A DNA stretch of 63,910 bases, the filler included. It is 6 parts of 6 records of this genome, joined end to end, with 100 filler letters (N's around TTAATTAATTAA, not from the genome) between each part and the next. Parts side by side here need not be neighbours in the genome. Positions count along the whole stretch, not along the records: positions 1 to 21,350 come from DRR723986_23949; positions 21,451 to 34,141 come from DRR723986_23980; 4 more parts are not named here. The stretch is one strand, 5' to 3'. The number at the start of each line of letters is the position of its first letter. Within the stretch, counting starts at the first letter, position 1. The position numbers were made by a program, and so were the translations under genes. The notes beneath the pieces are model-generated. The model made no database searches. It worked only from the letters and a program-made list of their open reading frames with translations, and had not been told where the DNA came from. This document shows, piece by piece, positions 18,658-30,000 of the stretch.

Positions 18658-21141
18658 GTGTTTGGCAAGCTGCGGTTTGCGCTTATCGCGAGCCTTTTGT
18701 TGGCGAGCACCGGTTTTATTGTGTTGTTGGGGCGGTCTGTCGCGTCGGATTTAGAGACACTGTCCACCGCTCAGAATGACAACATCAGTTGGAGTGTTGC
18801 CCAGCTTGAGGTCGAACTGTTGCGCGTTCAGAATGCGGCGCACGAAGCTGCGCAGAGCCCGCATGACGATTTGACGGGGTTTCGAAAGCGTTACGATATT
18901 TTCTATAGCCGACTTTCGACCCTGTCCCAAAGCGCCTTGTATCGATCCCTAAAAAACGATGCGGACACGCAAGATATGTTTGAGGCTGCCCAGGATTTTC
19001 TGCGGATAACCACGCCCATTGTCGATGGTCCTGATGAGGCGCTGTACGATGCGCTTTCTGGTATTCAAACGCAGCTCATGCTGCTGCGCCCGCAGGTACG
19101 AGAGCTTGGGTTGGCCGGGATTCAGAAATTTGCCAAAGAAGACGGTGTGACCCGGGCTGAATTTTCGCAAACCCTAATCCGCTTGGCGGTATCTGGCTTG
19201 GCTTTGGTGCTGGCGTTGGTGATCACGGTTTTGGTGTTGCTCAAGCTGTACAGACAAGGGCAGCGGTTTGCGTTCGAAAATGAAATCATGCGGTCCAGAT
19301 TCGAAGCCGCCGTGAATTCTTCTCTGGATGCGGTGCTGGTGATTGATACCTCTGGCACAATCATAGAGTTCAATGGGTCAGCTGAATCCGTTTTCGGGTA
19401 TTCTAGGGCCGAGGCCTTGGGCGGAAATATGGCAGAGATGATCGTCCCGGAACATATGCGCGAAATGCATTACAAAGGCATGCAGCGGTTTCTGGATACC
19501 AACGAACAAAAGGTTATCGGGGCAGGGCGGGTCCGGCTTGAAGGGATGCGAAAATCCGGAGAGATTTTCCCGGTGGAACTGTCGATATCTCTGGCGGAAA
19601 CTGGCGGCGAGCGGGTTTTTGTGTCGTTTTTGCGCGATATCACGCATGAGCTTAAAGCTGAAGAAGACCTGCGCAATGCGCGAGACAAAGCACAGGAAAG
19701 CGAAAAGGCGAAATCCGATCTGTTGACGGTCATGAGCCATGAAATGCGCACGCCTCTGAACGGTATTTTAGGGTCACTCTCGCTCATTGACCAAAGTAAC
19801 CTGTCTGAGCGGCAGCAGCGTCACCTCAACTCAATCGCGGTTTCCGGTGAATTGTTGCTGTCGCATGTCAACGACGTGTTGGATCTGTCTGCTCTGACGG
19901 TAGATAATGCTCTGCCGGAACAAACCCGTTTCGACCTGCGCACTGTGGTTCAGAACGCTGCCGAAAGCTTACTGGCAAATGCACAAGAGCGAGGTGGCAC
20001 GCTACAGGTTAACTTTTTGTCGGATGATTTCCGGATTGTGCGCGGGCACAAAACGGCATTGCAGCAATGTTTGATCAATCTCATCGGCAATGCAATCAAG
20101 TTCACAGGGGATGGGGTTGTGACGATAGAGGTTGAAAAGCTGCCATCAGGGGATCTGTTTGAAATTAGAGTTTCCGATACCGGCGTTGGTATCGCAACGG
20201 AAAACCTATCTCGGATCTTTGATGAATTCGTCACGATTGACAGCGCGTTTGCACGCGAGAATGCGGGGACGGGCTTGGGATTGGCGATCACCAAGCGTTT
20301 GGTCGAGGCCATGGCAGGAGAGATCGAAGCCGACAGCGTTCTTGGTGAAGGCAGCTTGTTCACGATCCGTATTCCTTTGTTGTGTGAAACTCCGATTAGG
20401 CAAAAACCCTCTGTCACGCACGAAACGCTCATTCCTCTGAGTGGAGAGGGGCGACGGGCGCTTGTCGTCGATGACAATGAGATCAATCGGATGATCCTTA
20501 CGGACATGCTCACAGATTTGCATTTCATCGTGACGCAGGTCGAAAATGGGTATGAGGCGATTGAGCTGGCTCGCGCACAACAATTTGATGTGCTGTTGTT
20601 GGATATCAGCATGCCTGGCATCGATGGGATCGAGACCTTAAAACGCATAGCTGCTTTGGAACTTTCGTGGGGTATGGCACCCGCGATTGCGGTCACAGCG
20701 CATGCTTCGAAAAAAGATCATGACACTATCTTACAAGCACCGTTTGAGGGCATTCTGGTCAAGCCTGTCGCATTGCCTGAGCTTCGTGCCAAACTTGGAA
20801 AGGTGTTGCGATACGATGATCCCCAACACGCGCAGCCCATCGACGTTGAGGGGCCAGCGGGTGACTTTATAGAACGGTTTGGCCAAGAAGCGTACCTGCG
20901 GGCAGCACAGGATCTATACGTGGGCGTAACCGATTTGCTCCCGCATCTTGATAGCCCGTCGCACCTGTCGACTGAGGCCCGACAAGAGGCTCACAAACTG
21001 TCAGGCTCCGCAGCGATTTTGGGAAAGACTGAGATCTGGACCCATTTGCAGGCGGTGGAAAATTGTGACGCGGACATGTGGTCCGCCTCATGTCACGAAT
21101 TACGAGTGATGCTCCAACAAGCGGTTCAATCAGAGTCGTAG
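18658..21141 (+). CDS. hybrid sensor histidine kinase (TM-PAS-HisKA-HATPase-REC-Hpt)
   Basis: PAS (FNGSAESVFGYS), SHEMRTPLNG, NLIGNAIKFT, DTGVGI, GTGLGL, VVDDN...LLDISMPG, C-terminal AHKLSGSA. Confidence 0.95.
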   Translation: MFGKLRFALIASLLLASTGFIVLLGRSVASDLETLSTAQNDNISWSVAQLEVELLRVQNAAHEAAQSPHDDLTGFRKRYDIFYSRLSTLSQSALYRSLKNDADTQDMFEAAQDFLRITTPIVDGPDEALYDALSGIQTQLMLLRPQVRELGLAGIQKFAKEDGVTRAEFSQTLIRLAVSGLALVLALVITVLVLLKLYRQGQRFAFENEIMRSRFEAAVNSSLDAVLVIDTSGTIIEFNGSAESVFGYSRAEALGGNMAEMIVPEHMREMHYKGMQRFLDTNEQKVIGAGRVRLEGMRKSGEIFPVELSISLAETGGERVFVSFLRDITHELKAEEDLRNARDKAQESEKAKSDLLTVMSHEMRTPLNGILGSLSLIDQSNLSERQQRHLNSIAVSGELLLSHVNDVLDLSALTVDNALPEQTRFDLRTVVQNAAESLLANAQERGGTLQVNFLSDDFRIVRGHKTALQQCLINLIGNAIKFTGDGVVTIEVEKLPSGDLFEIRVSDTGVGIATENLSRIFDEFVTIDSAFARENAGTGLGLAITKRLVEAMAGEIEADSVLGEGSLFTIRIPLLCETPIRQKPSVTHETLIPLSGEGRRALVVDDNEINRMILTDMLTDLHFIVTQVENGYEAIELARAQQFDVLLLDISMPGIDGIETLKRIAALELSWGMAPAIAVTAHASKKDHDTILQAPFEGILVKPVALPELRAKLGKVLRYDDPQHAQPIDVEGPAGDFIERFGQEAYLRAAQDLYVGVTDLLPHLDSPSHLSTEARQEAHKLSGSAAILGKTEIWTHLQAVENCDADMWSASCHELRVMLQQAVQSES

Positions 21142-21350
21142 ACCAAATCGGCCAAGGATCTTGGCGGTGTCAAACGATGGAACCAGTGCATGGTTTGGGT
21201 CGCATCATCACTTAATGTTGGAAGATGTCCGCAAGGTCGCAGCGGAAACGGGTCGCACGACCCACATCTTACTGTGCGTCGGCAGAGCTTTTGGGTCCAA
21301 AGGTGGCGTAAACTAAGAGAGATTTTGGCTCATCTGGTTTGTTTGATTAT

Positions 21351-21450
21351 NNNNNNNNNNNNNNNNNNNNNNNNNNNNNNNNNNNNNNNNNNNNTTAATT
21401 AATTAANNNNNNNNNNNNNNNNNNNNNNNNNNNNNNNNNNNNNNNNNNNN
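21351..21450. other. artificial contig spacer (same at 34142-34241, 43992-44091, 51141-51240, 58401-58500)
   Basis: 100 nt of N with a central TTAATTAATTAA six-frame stop linker. Composition and gene content change abruptly across each spacer. Confidence 0.99.
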
Positions 21451-21750
21451 TGCCGGTCATTTTCAGTGGGATCGGGCAATTAGTAAAGTCATGGCCAATT
21501 TTAAGCCGTAACAACTTGCGCACGCGACGCACGCCTAGTTCCCTGTTCGGCATCCTACCTCCACTGATTTCTTGCAAGAACGCGCAAGAAGAAGAGTTGT
21601 ATTCATTAGGAGGAGCACCTGAATACCAGGGTGTTCTTCGAAAGCTTACTAACAGACACCACCGGTCACGTTCGGTGGGGTTGACCGATTAGGTTTCTGG
21701 GATTGACTAGTCATATTCCTGAGATTGACAGACCATTTTCTCTGGGAGCG
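21451..21750 (-). mobile_element. IS21-family remnant: degenerate left-end repeats, istA 5' fragment, and a second IS21-like end
   Basis: About 22-bp degenerate repeats at 21661-21750 (ACCGGTCACGTTC.. type). GGAGG RBS and ATG 21553 give MPNRELGVRRVRKLLRLKIGHDFTN (IstA-like HTH start), interrupted at 21478 by TGCCCGATCCCACTGAAAATGACCGG. Confidence 0.6.
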
Positions 21751-21976
21751 GTATTGCTAACCGTCCATTCCCAGTACCCACTATACATTTCTCACTATCC
21801 AATTTCTTAGATAGAAACGCCAGACAGCCTAAATCTTCCAGCATTCTACGGATCGTTTCAAACTTAAACCCTGGTAAAGACGCACGGCGATTATCTTAGT
21901 TCATGGGCTACACTTCATTCAATAAAGCCGAGATTTAATAGACACATTTACTGAATGAGCTGCTTTTGGCGCACAA

Positions 21977-24973
21977 TTACAATTGGCTTTCAGTCTCAAG
22001 CTTCTCAATCAAATTTAGAATGCCCTGTTCGTCCGGTATAGGTTCAATCTTGTTCGGATCAAAGCCTGGCAAAACTGGTTCTGGCTCACCTAGAACAAAC
22101 AGAATGTTCTTTGCTCTTTTCAGTTTGCGATGAAATGAGTATGGTGGTCCGTCAGCCCACGCTTCCTTATATGCAGCCAGTGCGTGCATTCGTGAAGACT
22201 GATGATTTTCGATTTCAAGATACAGTTCCGCAAGAAGGAGGTTAAGATGTTGGGAATCTGTATCCATACTCAAGTAAATTTGTGCAGCATTGTGATCTCC
22301 TAATTTTGCTTTTGCCAGAGCGAGACGTGCTGTCAGTCCATTAGTGTCCAAGCCCCCTTCTCGACCAAACCTGATCGCAATCTCTAATGAAACTACTGCC
22401 TTTGCGAATTGCCTATTGGCAAAGTAAACATCTGCGATTCGCTTACTGTACTTATATAGTCCTGAATTGAATTTTGCTACTTCAGCTAGCTGGCAAGCTT
22501 CCTTAAGATAGCGTTCAGCGTGATTTAGCTCGTTCTTATCTAAATACATCCAACCTCGTAAGTATTCGATTTCGCCAGGATTAGCGATTGTCTTCAATAA
22601 AGATGATTCAGTATTCGACAACAAATTCCATGCAACTTCGGCCTCAGTAAATGCACCACGCGAGAAAAGTAAACCAAATTTCCAGGATACTGAGTGAAAC
22701 GGATTCGGATTTTTGGTATGCTTATCTATCAACCCTTCAAGCCTGTTAGAACGCGTTGCACGAGCAAGACTGACCTTATACCATGATTGGGTATAGATGC
22801 TCAACCCAGTCTTGACGATCCTGAGATCCTCCTTTGAGATTCCTAGGCCAATTAACTTGATTGCCCTCTGACGGTTTCTAGAGTAACTGCGAAACCAAGC
22901 AAAACTCAATGATGTTTTCTTTAATAGGTTCACCTGCAAATTGAGATTTTTAAATTTGGGATCTGACTCCCAGCCATTCGAGAAGAAAGAATTCAAAATG
23001 GCCAATGCTTCACGCGGTAATAGTAGTGTTCTCTCTAGAACCGAACAAAGATTTGAGTCCAAAGCAAATGTTCTATATGCACGTTCATATTGCTTCGCCT
23101 CAATGAGTGCCCTTACAACTTGCAGGCCATTTTCCAGATCTTTCAAGGATGTGGCCTCCTCATAAGGTGGATCGGAACGCTGCTCAAAGTAATTTGCTAC
23201 TATTTCGCCGGATTCATTTCGTTGGCTTTCACTTAGACTGTCAAGGGCATATCCTCGAATAACTGGGTGGAGATCAAAAGTATTCCTATGTCTATTCCAT
23301 TGTATCAAACCTCGTTCTTCAAAGTCTTTAACATCGCTCATCAGTGCATCCAATATTTCAGATGCACCTATTATACTTTTATCGTGCGGCGAAATTGCAA
23401 ATAGTGTATCTAAATCACATGCTTGTGAAATGAGCCCCAGATTCCCAATGAGCGCTCGTTGGCTTGATGACAAAGCCATAAACGCCAAGGTTAAAATGTG
23501 TGTTCGCTTTTTGACAAGATCCCATTCGGCAAGATGAGGGCCAGCACCATGAGCTGGATCTTCGGCCCAGGCATCAAAATTCAGTGGATCTTTCGGGTAA
23601 TCGAAAACGAGGCCAGCCACGACTCCGATCACAAGTGGGTGGCAGGCAAAATGTCTTTGCAGATAGTCTCTGATGAGAGGACTTGATCCCTTTATGCCGA
23701 CAGAGGCAAGGATGGCTTCTGCGTCGGCCGGATCAAGCCCTTCTAACCGCACCGGCACTACACCTGGCAAAAGTTGCGCCGATGAGTTTAAAAGCGCTTT
23801 GGGAAGCATGCGCGAGGTGATTAATATTTTACTGGGCGCTGCCTGAGTTAATAGGCGTAACAACTCTACATCTTCCTCACGTATGCAATCGCGTACATCT
23901 CGCTTCCGGTCACTGTCTCCGGCTCCATCAACGACTTCTACCACTTCAACTTCTTCGTCACGAAGGTATGCAGCGTTAACACGATTGTATGCTACAAGGA
24001 TGCGTTCAAGTCCGTCCAGGACCAGGAGGTAAGGGCGTGCCTTAAGCTTCGGGACTAACTCATCGATAAGAGAAACTAATTTGAGTTTCATAAATTCATC
24101 AACGGACTTTTGCGAAACATATGCCAAGGCATGTCTGGCAAAATCTTCCATGGCACCGCCGCGTTCGTAAAAACTGTACCATATCGCTCCTTCAAATCCC
24201 CTCTCTGGTACCGGTTTGGCCTTGACCCAATGCCAAGTCAGCATACTTTTGCCCATGCCACCTATGGCCTCGCACAGCAAAATCGGGTTGTCTTCCGCTC
24301 TTGCCCATTCATCAAGCTTAATCAACTCGCGGGTGCGCCCTACAAATTGTCGCCCGCCGACGTAGGGTGGTAGTTCCCACAACATAGGCGCTATGGGAGG
24401 GCTCATGGAGTTGTCATTTTCGGCCGAACTAAGCTCGGTTTTTGGAGTGGTTACTGACTGATCTATAATCGTGCTATCCAAAGTCAATTTCAATTCAGCA
24501 ACATCTTTCCGAATTCGCTCCTTAAGGCCTTCCAACGAGTTAAAACTACTGTATGTAAAGCGCTCCGATACATGCTTTTTCCACTGCTTAAGCTTTGCCA
24601 TCTTATCAGGATCAGTTTCAACATCACGCGGCTTGACAGGATGTTCACCGGACATTACAAACATCGACATTGGAATCCCCCTTTCCAACGCTCTCCGATA
24701 CTCAATCTCTGTTAAAGAGTATCCTTCAGGGTTTAGCGTGTCATCCTCGGTGATCGAGCCATACCGGTGGCTTATGATGCCGATATAGCCATCTGAATCT
24801 TCAACCATTCTCAGTGACGAGTTCAGCGTATTTGTACTTGGTGCTTGAGCGCGATCTTCCATATTGATCGGCTCTAGATCAGCAGATTGCATCTCCTGCA
24901 GTACAATTTGTCGGTGCTCAGCGAGATCGCGGAAGGTGCTGCTAAGCATAACCTGGTGGCGTGTTTTTGGCAT
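21977..24973 (-). CDS. NLR-like protein: DUF4062 effector - STAND NTPase - wHTH - TPR
   Basis: MLSSTFRDL..HR, YIGIISHRYGS and SLTEIEY (DUF4062); FVGR..EL, AIGGMGKS (Walker A), LLVLDGLE (Walker B), LITSR, CHPLVI, LHPVIR; helical repeats at the C-terminus. Confidence 0.85.
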   Translation of the reverse strand: MPKTRHQVMLSSTFRDLAEHRQIVLQEMQSADLEPINMEDRAQAPSTNTLNSSLRMVEDSDGYIGIISHRYGSITEDDTLNPEGYSLTEIEYRRALERGIPMSMFVMSGEHPVKPRDVETDPDKMAKLKQWKKHVSERFTYSSFNSLEGLKERIRKDVAELKLTLDSTIIDQSVTTPKTELSSAENDNSMSPPIAPMLWELPPYVGGRQFVGRTRELIKLDEWARAEDNPILLCEAIGGMGKSMLTWHWVKAKPVPERGFEGAIWYSFYERGGAMEDFARHALAYVSQKSVDEFMKLKLVSLIDELVPKLKARPYLLVLDGLERILVAYNRVNAAYLRDEEVEVVEVVDGAGDSDRKRDVRDCIREEDVELLRLLTQAAPSKILITSRMLPKALLNSSAQLLPGVVPVRLEGLDPADAEAILASVGIKGSSPLIRDYLQRHFACHPLVIGVVAGLVFDYPKDPLNFDAWAEDPAHGAGPHLAEWDLVKKRTHILTLAFMALSSSQRALIGNLGLISQACDLDTLFAISPHDKSIIGASEILDALMSDVKDFEERGLIQWNRHRNTFDLHPVIRGYALDSLSESQRNESGEIVANYFEQRSDPPYEEATSLKDLENGLQVVRALIEAKQYERAYRTFALDSNLCSVLERTLLLPREALAILNSFFSNGWESDPKFKNLNLQVNLLKKTSLSFAWFRSYSRNRQRAIKLIGLGISKEDLRIVKTGLSIYTQSWYKVSLARATRSNRLEGLIDKHTKNPNPFHSVSWKFGLLFSRGAFTEAEVAWNLLSNTESSLLKTIANPGEIEYLRGWMYLDKNELNHAERYLKEACQLAEVAKFNSGLYKYSKRIADVYFANRQFAKAVVSLEIAIRFGREGGLDTNGLTARLALAKAKLGDHNAAQIYLSMDTDSQHLNLLLAELYLEIENHQSSRMHALAAYKEAWADGPPYSFHRKLKRAKNILFVLGEPEPVLPGFDPNKIEPIPDEQGILNLIEKLETESQL

Positions 24974-25946
24974 TGGGATTGAACGCAATTAATTGTTTGA
25001 TATTGAGTTCGCAAACTATGCGAACAAATGATTCCCCGCAAATAGAAGTCACAAACTTACAGTATTGTGAGCTGTTTCGGGATCTAGTGCAAATGTCAGC
25101 TATAAATCGATGACAAGGACAATCGTTCCCAGGCACGAGGCGGCGCAATTCCATGAGAATGACCAGGCTGACCCTGGCAGGAGACTGATGATACCTGTGA
25201 GCGAATGCACGAAAACTACAAACCTTGTCGGGTGTTTCTAAAGACGATACCACCCAATATCTTCTTACTCACCAAAGGCCATGACAAAAGGATGGGGATA
25301 GCCCGACACCGTATACACATTGGACTTGGTCTTTTAGCCTCCTTAGCTTTAAGCGAAGCAATTCTGCAGCATCTCAATATCATAACTAAGTAAAACTCAT
25401 CATCCATCTATGTCCGCCAATAATTTGATAAATACCGATCAACCCGTATCTTATGTCAACTAAGTAACCGTAGTGGCGTTAATATACTATGACACTTGGT
25501 CGGCAAATCGCTTGCACGTGTTTTGTAAACTGTGAAAAAAAGAACTTGCTGGTGAATCTGGAATGTCCCAGACCAGTAATCCGAACAGGAATGTTTCAAT
25601 GGTGTGGTAGATTATCTACGGTGCCAAGACAGCCATTCTTGAGATAACTTTTGGATTCGTGCTTTTTCAAGTTCCAGTTTGGAGCGCCACACGCGAAGCA
25701 GATCTTAAGGCATTGAAAGAATTGGGGCATTGTCACTTGCGCGATAGCCAACCCGTTGACGGAGTGTATCAACTTCCTGCTACCCAATTTGTACATTGGG
25801 AGCGATACTTGATCAATCAATCGTCTTGATGACTTCAAGCTAAAACTTCGATTTGGTGCAGGGGCGTTTTTATGGCCCTCTGTCTGTTAATTAGCCGAGT
25901 TTAGAATGAATCTTGTCCACTTAAGAATATTTTCGAGTGACAAACT

Positions 25947-26378
25947 ATGAGAATTGACGCTGCTTACGTGCGGGAACTACTATCGCTAATCGTTGATGTC
26001 GTGCCGTTTAATCAAGGGTTCGGAGAGATGACTCCGGAAAAGGAAGAAATGAAGGAGGCTTCAGCAAGAGCCATGCAAACCTTGGGACAAATGAATAACG
26101 AATTCTATGCCAAGTTCCACTTTCACATTCAAGTACTGGAGCAGGAAGAGTATGTCGTTTTTAACACTAGCACACCCATAACCGGGGGAGGAATTCGATT
26201 ATATGAAGCGTCAATTCCAAGCATGCAAATCACAGCAGCGGGCACTGATTTTCTCGCGAGAATTCAGCCGGTTGATGTTTGGGAAAAGGTTGAAAGTTCG
26301 CTGGTAGAAAAGGGGAAAGTTCTTTCATTCGAGGTAATCAAAGCTTTGGCTGCAGAGGCAGTTAAGGGAATCGTCTAG
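25947..26378 (+). CDS. DUF2513-family small wHTH-like protein
   Basis: MRIDAAYVRELL start, FHIQVL, ITAAGTDFL, VWEKV, LSFEVIKALA pattern. Confidence 0.7.
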   Translation: MRIDAAYVRELLSLIVDVVPFNQGFGEMTPEKEEMKEASARAMQTLGQMNNEFYAKFHFHIQVLEQEEYVVFNTSTPITGGGIRLYEASIPSMQITAAGTDFLARIQPVDVWEKVESSLVEKGKVLSFEVIKALAAEAVKGIV

Positions 26379-26633
26379 GTGACCAATACCTTATGAATTG
26401 GATGCTGTTTACCAAGGACCACTGCAACCAACCATGTACGTGGCAATACCTACAACAAACGCTGTTTTGGAAATCAATGTACGAAGCAGGTAATTTCATC
26501 AATGATGTCTAGTTCAATCAAAATCCAAAACTCATGTAGCACATTCGCCATCTACAATCAAATGATCAAGGTTTTTGACAAATAGTTATATTTAGGAACC
26601 TAAGATTGCTCCAGACCCGAAAAGGACTCCATT

Positions 26634-27053
26634 GTGGATAAAATACAATTTACCAAAGAAAAACTGAATGAACTAGCCAATAAGGTCGAATTATTGCTCG
26701 ATGAAATGACAGTTACGGAAGGAAGTAAACAGGCTCTTTCAAGAGGTATGATCTCAAAAGAAAGTTTGCCCAAGAACCAAGAACAACAAATCGAACAGGT
26801 AACTGGAGAGCCTGCAGCCACCTTCCTGAACCGATTCAAACAAGCAACACGTAAAGACCTATGTGAAGAAGGTGGGCAGTTGTACTCCTTGTGGCAGAAG
26901 TATGGTGATTTAACCAAAGATGAGGTTTTACGAGTCTACGGGTCAGTTCTTGCTTCACTCGGTTATTCAGGTAGTGTTTTAGAAATTCTAGCCGTCATCC
27001 TGACTGCTTTGACTTTGCACCTAGGGATTCGGGTATTTTGCATGGGAGCTTGA
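26634..27053 (+). CDS. hypothetical 139-aa helical protein with C-terminal hydrophobic hairpin
   Basis: AAAGGA RBS and GTG start. Amphipathic N-terminal helix, polar linker, KDLCEEGG.LY..W, hydrophobic residues about 98-136. Confidence 0.8.
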   Translation: MDKIQFTKEKLNELANKVELLLDEMTVTEGSKQALSRGMISKESLPKNQEQQIEQVTGEPAATFLNRFKQATRKDLCEEGGQLYSLWQKYGDLTKDEVLRVYGSVLASLGYSGSVLEILAVILTALTLHLGIRVFCMGA

Positions 27054-27075
27054 ATTCAAAGTCTTGAATGCATGT

Positions 27076-30000
27076 TTACATGTCGATACTCTTGAGCCTC
27101 TCAATCAATATCAATATTTCGACAGCATCCTCATAGCGTAAATTTAAGTCATCAACAACACCAGTTCCTCTTTCACCGGAAGCCACTTTACGCAAAGCAT
27201 CAATGAAGGCTGGTGATACAATGCCCTTTAGCTCTACACCTATTGGTTGCTGTATGTACAAGTTAAACTCTTCCATTTCGCCCGCTTTAGCTCTTCTCAA
27301 TACACCTTCGCAAAGCGTGCCGGCACTGCAAGTACTTTCACCACCCGAACGCCTATGTTCCAAGAGAGCTTGAATTGCCGCGTTTCTAGCGACTTTTGCT
27401 GTGACAACATCGCCCTTGTTTCGTTCAATTATAAATTCTATCTGAAACGTTCGCCACGGTTTAACATGTAGATCCATTCCTTGCTGCTCAGCAATGACTT
27501 TTTTGATAGAATCAAGTGCTTTTTCATGCAAGTTGAGTTCGCTGGCGACTAAAGCATAATTTGAAAGTGCATTCCATCGATTTTCTCTATCTCCTAGAGC
27601 TTCACTTTCTTCGGATGCACGCAAATAATATTCAAGTGAATCCTCTTTCTTACCCATTTGTTGGTACACATTGCCAAGGTTTGTCATGCACCGTGCGACT
27701 GCAGAATGATTTTGCTGTATCGTACTTAACTTAAGTTCTTGTAGCAGGTTTTGTTCTGCCGCCTGAAGATTTCCCAGTTTCCTATTAATAACTCCCATAT
27801 GGTTAAGGGCCACGGCAAGATTGTGGGTGTCACCAATGTCTTCAAAAATGCGACGACAGGCGAGATGTGCATCAAGTGCTTCTTTAATCATACCTCGCCG
27901 AAAAAGCATCGTTCCCAGTTGCCCCAAGAATTTTGCCACGTTATGTTTTGCACTAGGTGCACTCACTTTCTGGAGAAGAGATGTGCAAATATCCGCTGCT
28001 GCTTGAAACTTTCCCATTTTTGCCAGACACTCTGCAGTTTCGCGATGTAAGCTTAACGCTGTTGAGATATCAATCTTGGCTTCATTCTCACTAAGGAATA
28101 GCATTGCATCGCAAGTAATTTTATAGGCCTCTTCTACTCTGCCTGATCGTCGCAAAGCATGAGCCGTTTGATCGTACACCTTTGCTATTTCCACTTCGGA
28201 ACCTTGGTACTTGGCTCTGCTGTGTAATGCCTTGCGAAGTAGTTCACTGCTGCGAAGAGCGGCCTTGGTGAATTGTTCGTTTTCAATCAATTCCCCAATA
28301 TCCAGAATCCGGGCCAATACGACTGATTTACTCCAACCACTAACTTTGGGCAACGATTTCTTCCTCAACTTAGTCATATAGCTACGGAGATGAGGTAGTT
28401 TGAGGCTCTGAGCCATGTTGCCGAAAATGCAAGAAGCCATTAGAGATAATTCTGGATTCTTTTGTTGTTTCACAATCTCAGTGAATCCGTAAATATTGTT
28501 AATGTCAGCGCTTGCGATCTGGATAAACGTTGCCGAGTCATTTACTTGTAGGTTGTCCAGATGATTGCAATAAAAGTACACCATCCCTTGGAACCATTTT
28601 CGCTTGAGCTTCAATCGTTCGGCCTTTGTTAAAATACTACTAAGAAAGTAGCTAAGGACGGGGTGAAATACACAGTGCCCATTAGCTTTCTGGCGCAAAA
28701 GACCAATGCGTTGCAGAGCTTCGAATAGCCTATTAGCTTCATTGTGATCGGCCTCCAGAACCAACTCGATGGCCATTGCGTGACCTTGTCCTTGAAAGAA
28801 TGCCAATGACTTCAACAGCCTGAATAGCTCTGAATCAAGTTTTCTAAGCGTATGCTCTACACTTGAAACAAGAGTAACCATTTGCTTGTTCGATGTTCTC
28901 AAAAAACAATCAAGTACTAGCCTGTTTAGATTAACTCCAGGTGCTACATGCTGACGTCCTACCAACTCTGGTGCGAGAGCAATCACTGACTGTGCATGAC
29001 AGTTCAAGCGGTTAACAGCTTCTTCGAGAGTTTCGAGGTTGAGTTTTGTGGTCGAGAGATTAACATTATTAGCAATTAATTCGTTTCGCAGCAACTCGAC
29101 TGCATCTGCTGTACTCATTGCGTCGAGGAAGAGACTGCAACTATTATCGTTGAATGGTTCGGGCAGTGATGACGTGCTAATGATAATGAATTTAACTTTA
29201 GTTGTGTTGTCTAGTACATTGTCGATCCACTCTAGAAGACCTTCTGTTCTACTCTCTCCTATCGAATTGTCAAGACAATGTGGCGGATAACTCTCAACTC
29301 CATCAATGGTAATCAGTGTCTTCATTTCATTCAATTCTGAAGTCAATGCTTTTAATGCTTCATCATGGTTTTCATAATCTCCTGCCGACCATGTCAGACC
29401 AAGTCCGTTAACTTGCCGTCCTAGGGTCTCCATCATAAGAAGCTCTGACTCAAATGCCTCACTGGACAAGTAAAAATGGCGGTCATATTGCCGGGTACGA
29501 ACCAGCCATTGGCAAAGTTCTTTAGCAAGTGTTGTTTTCCCCTCTCCAACTAGTCCGTGAAGGACCGTGTATTTCCTGTTCTGTAAAATCCGTTCGAGTA
29601 TTAACAGCTCGCGACTTCGGCCAACAAACTTAGACTCGGCTGGTTCTTCTTTTTCGTGTCTAGTCTGTGCCTGTGCAACTGACCTTGACCTATTCGTCAA
29701 TGTGCTTTGATCAGGCCTAAACAACCTCTGATTTGTATTATTTTGAAATAGGACTGGGACATACCAATCTGAGAGTTCGAAGCTTCCCGCTCCTTCAACA
29801 ATTCCGCGACTTCGGTTGTGATACAGAACTCTGCGAGCGTTCCCAACTGCGCGGCAAAGCTCAGAGCCACCTATCAATTCAGTATAAAATGTCAGCATGA
29901 AAAGCTGAGATGCGGCCACCAAAATACTGTGACTCATTGCAAGGACTGAGTGCCCTTCCAATAGAGCGATACTTCCTGCTACAGATGCTGAAATGTCTTT

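Noticed and set aside
24990-25940. Short ORFs (24942-25253, 25216-25407, 25596-25838) as genes
   Set aside because: No recognisable motifs and mostly weak starts; possibly decayed sequence.
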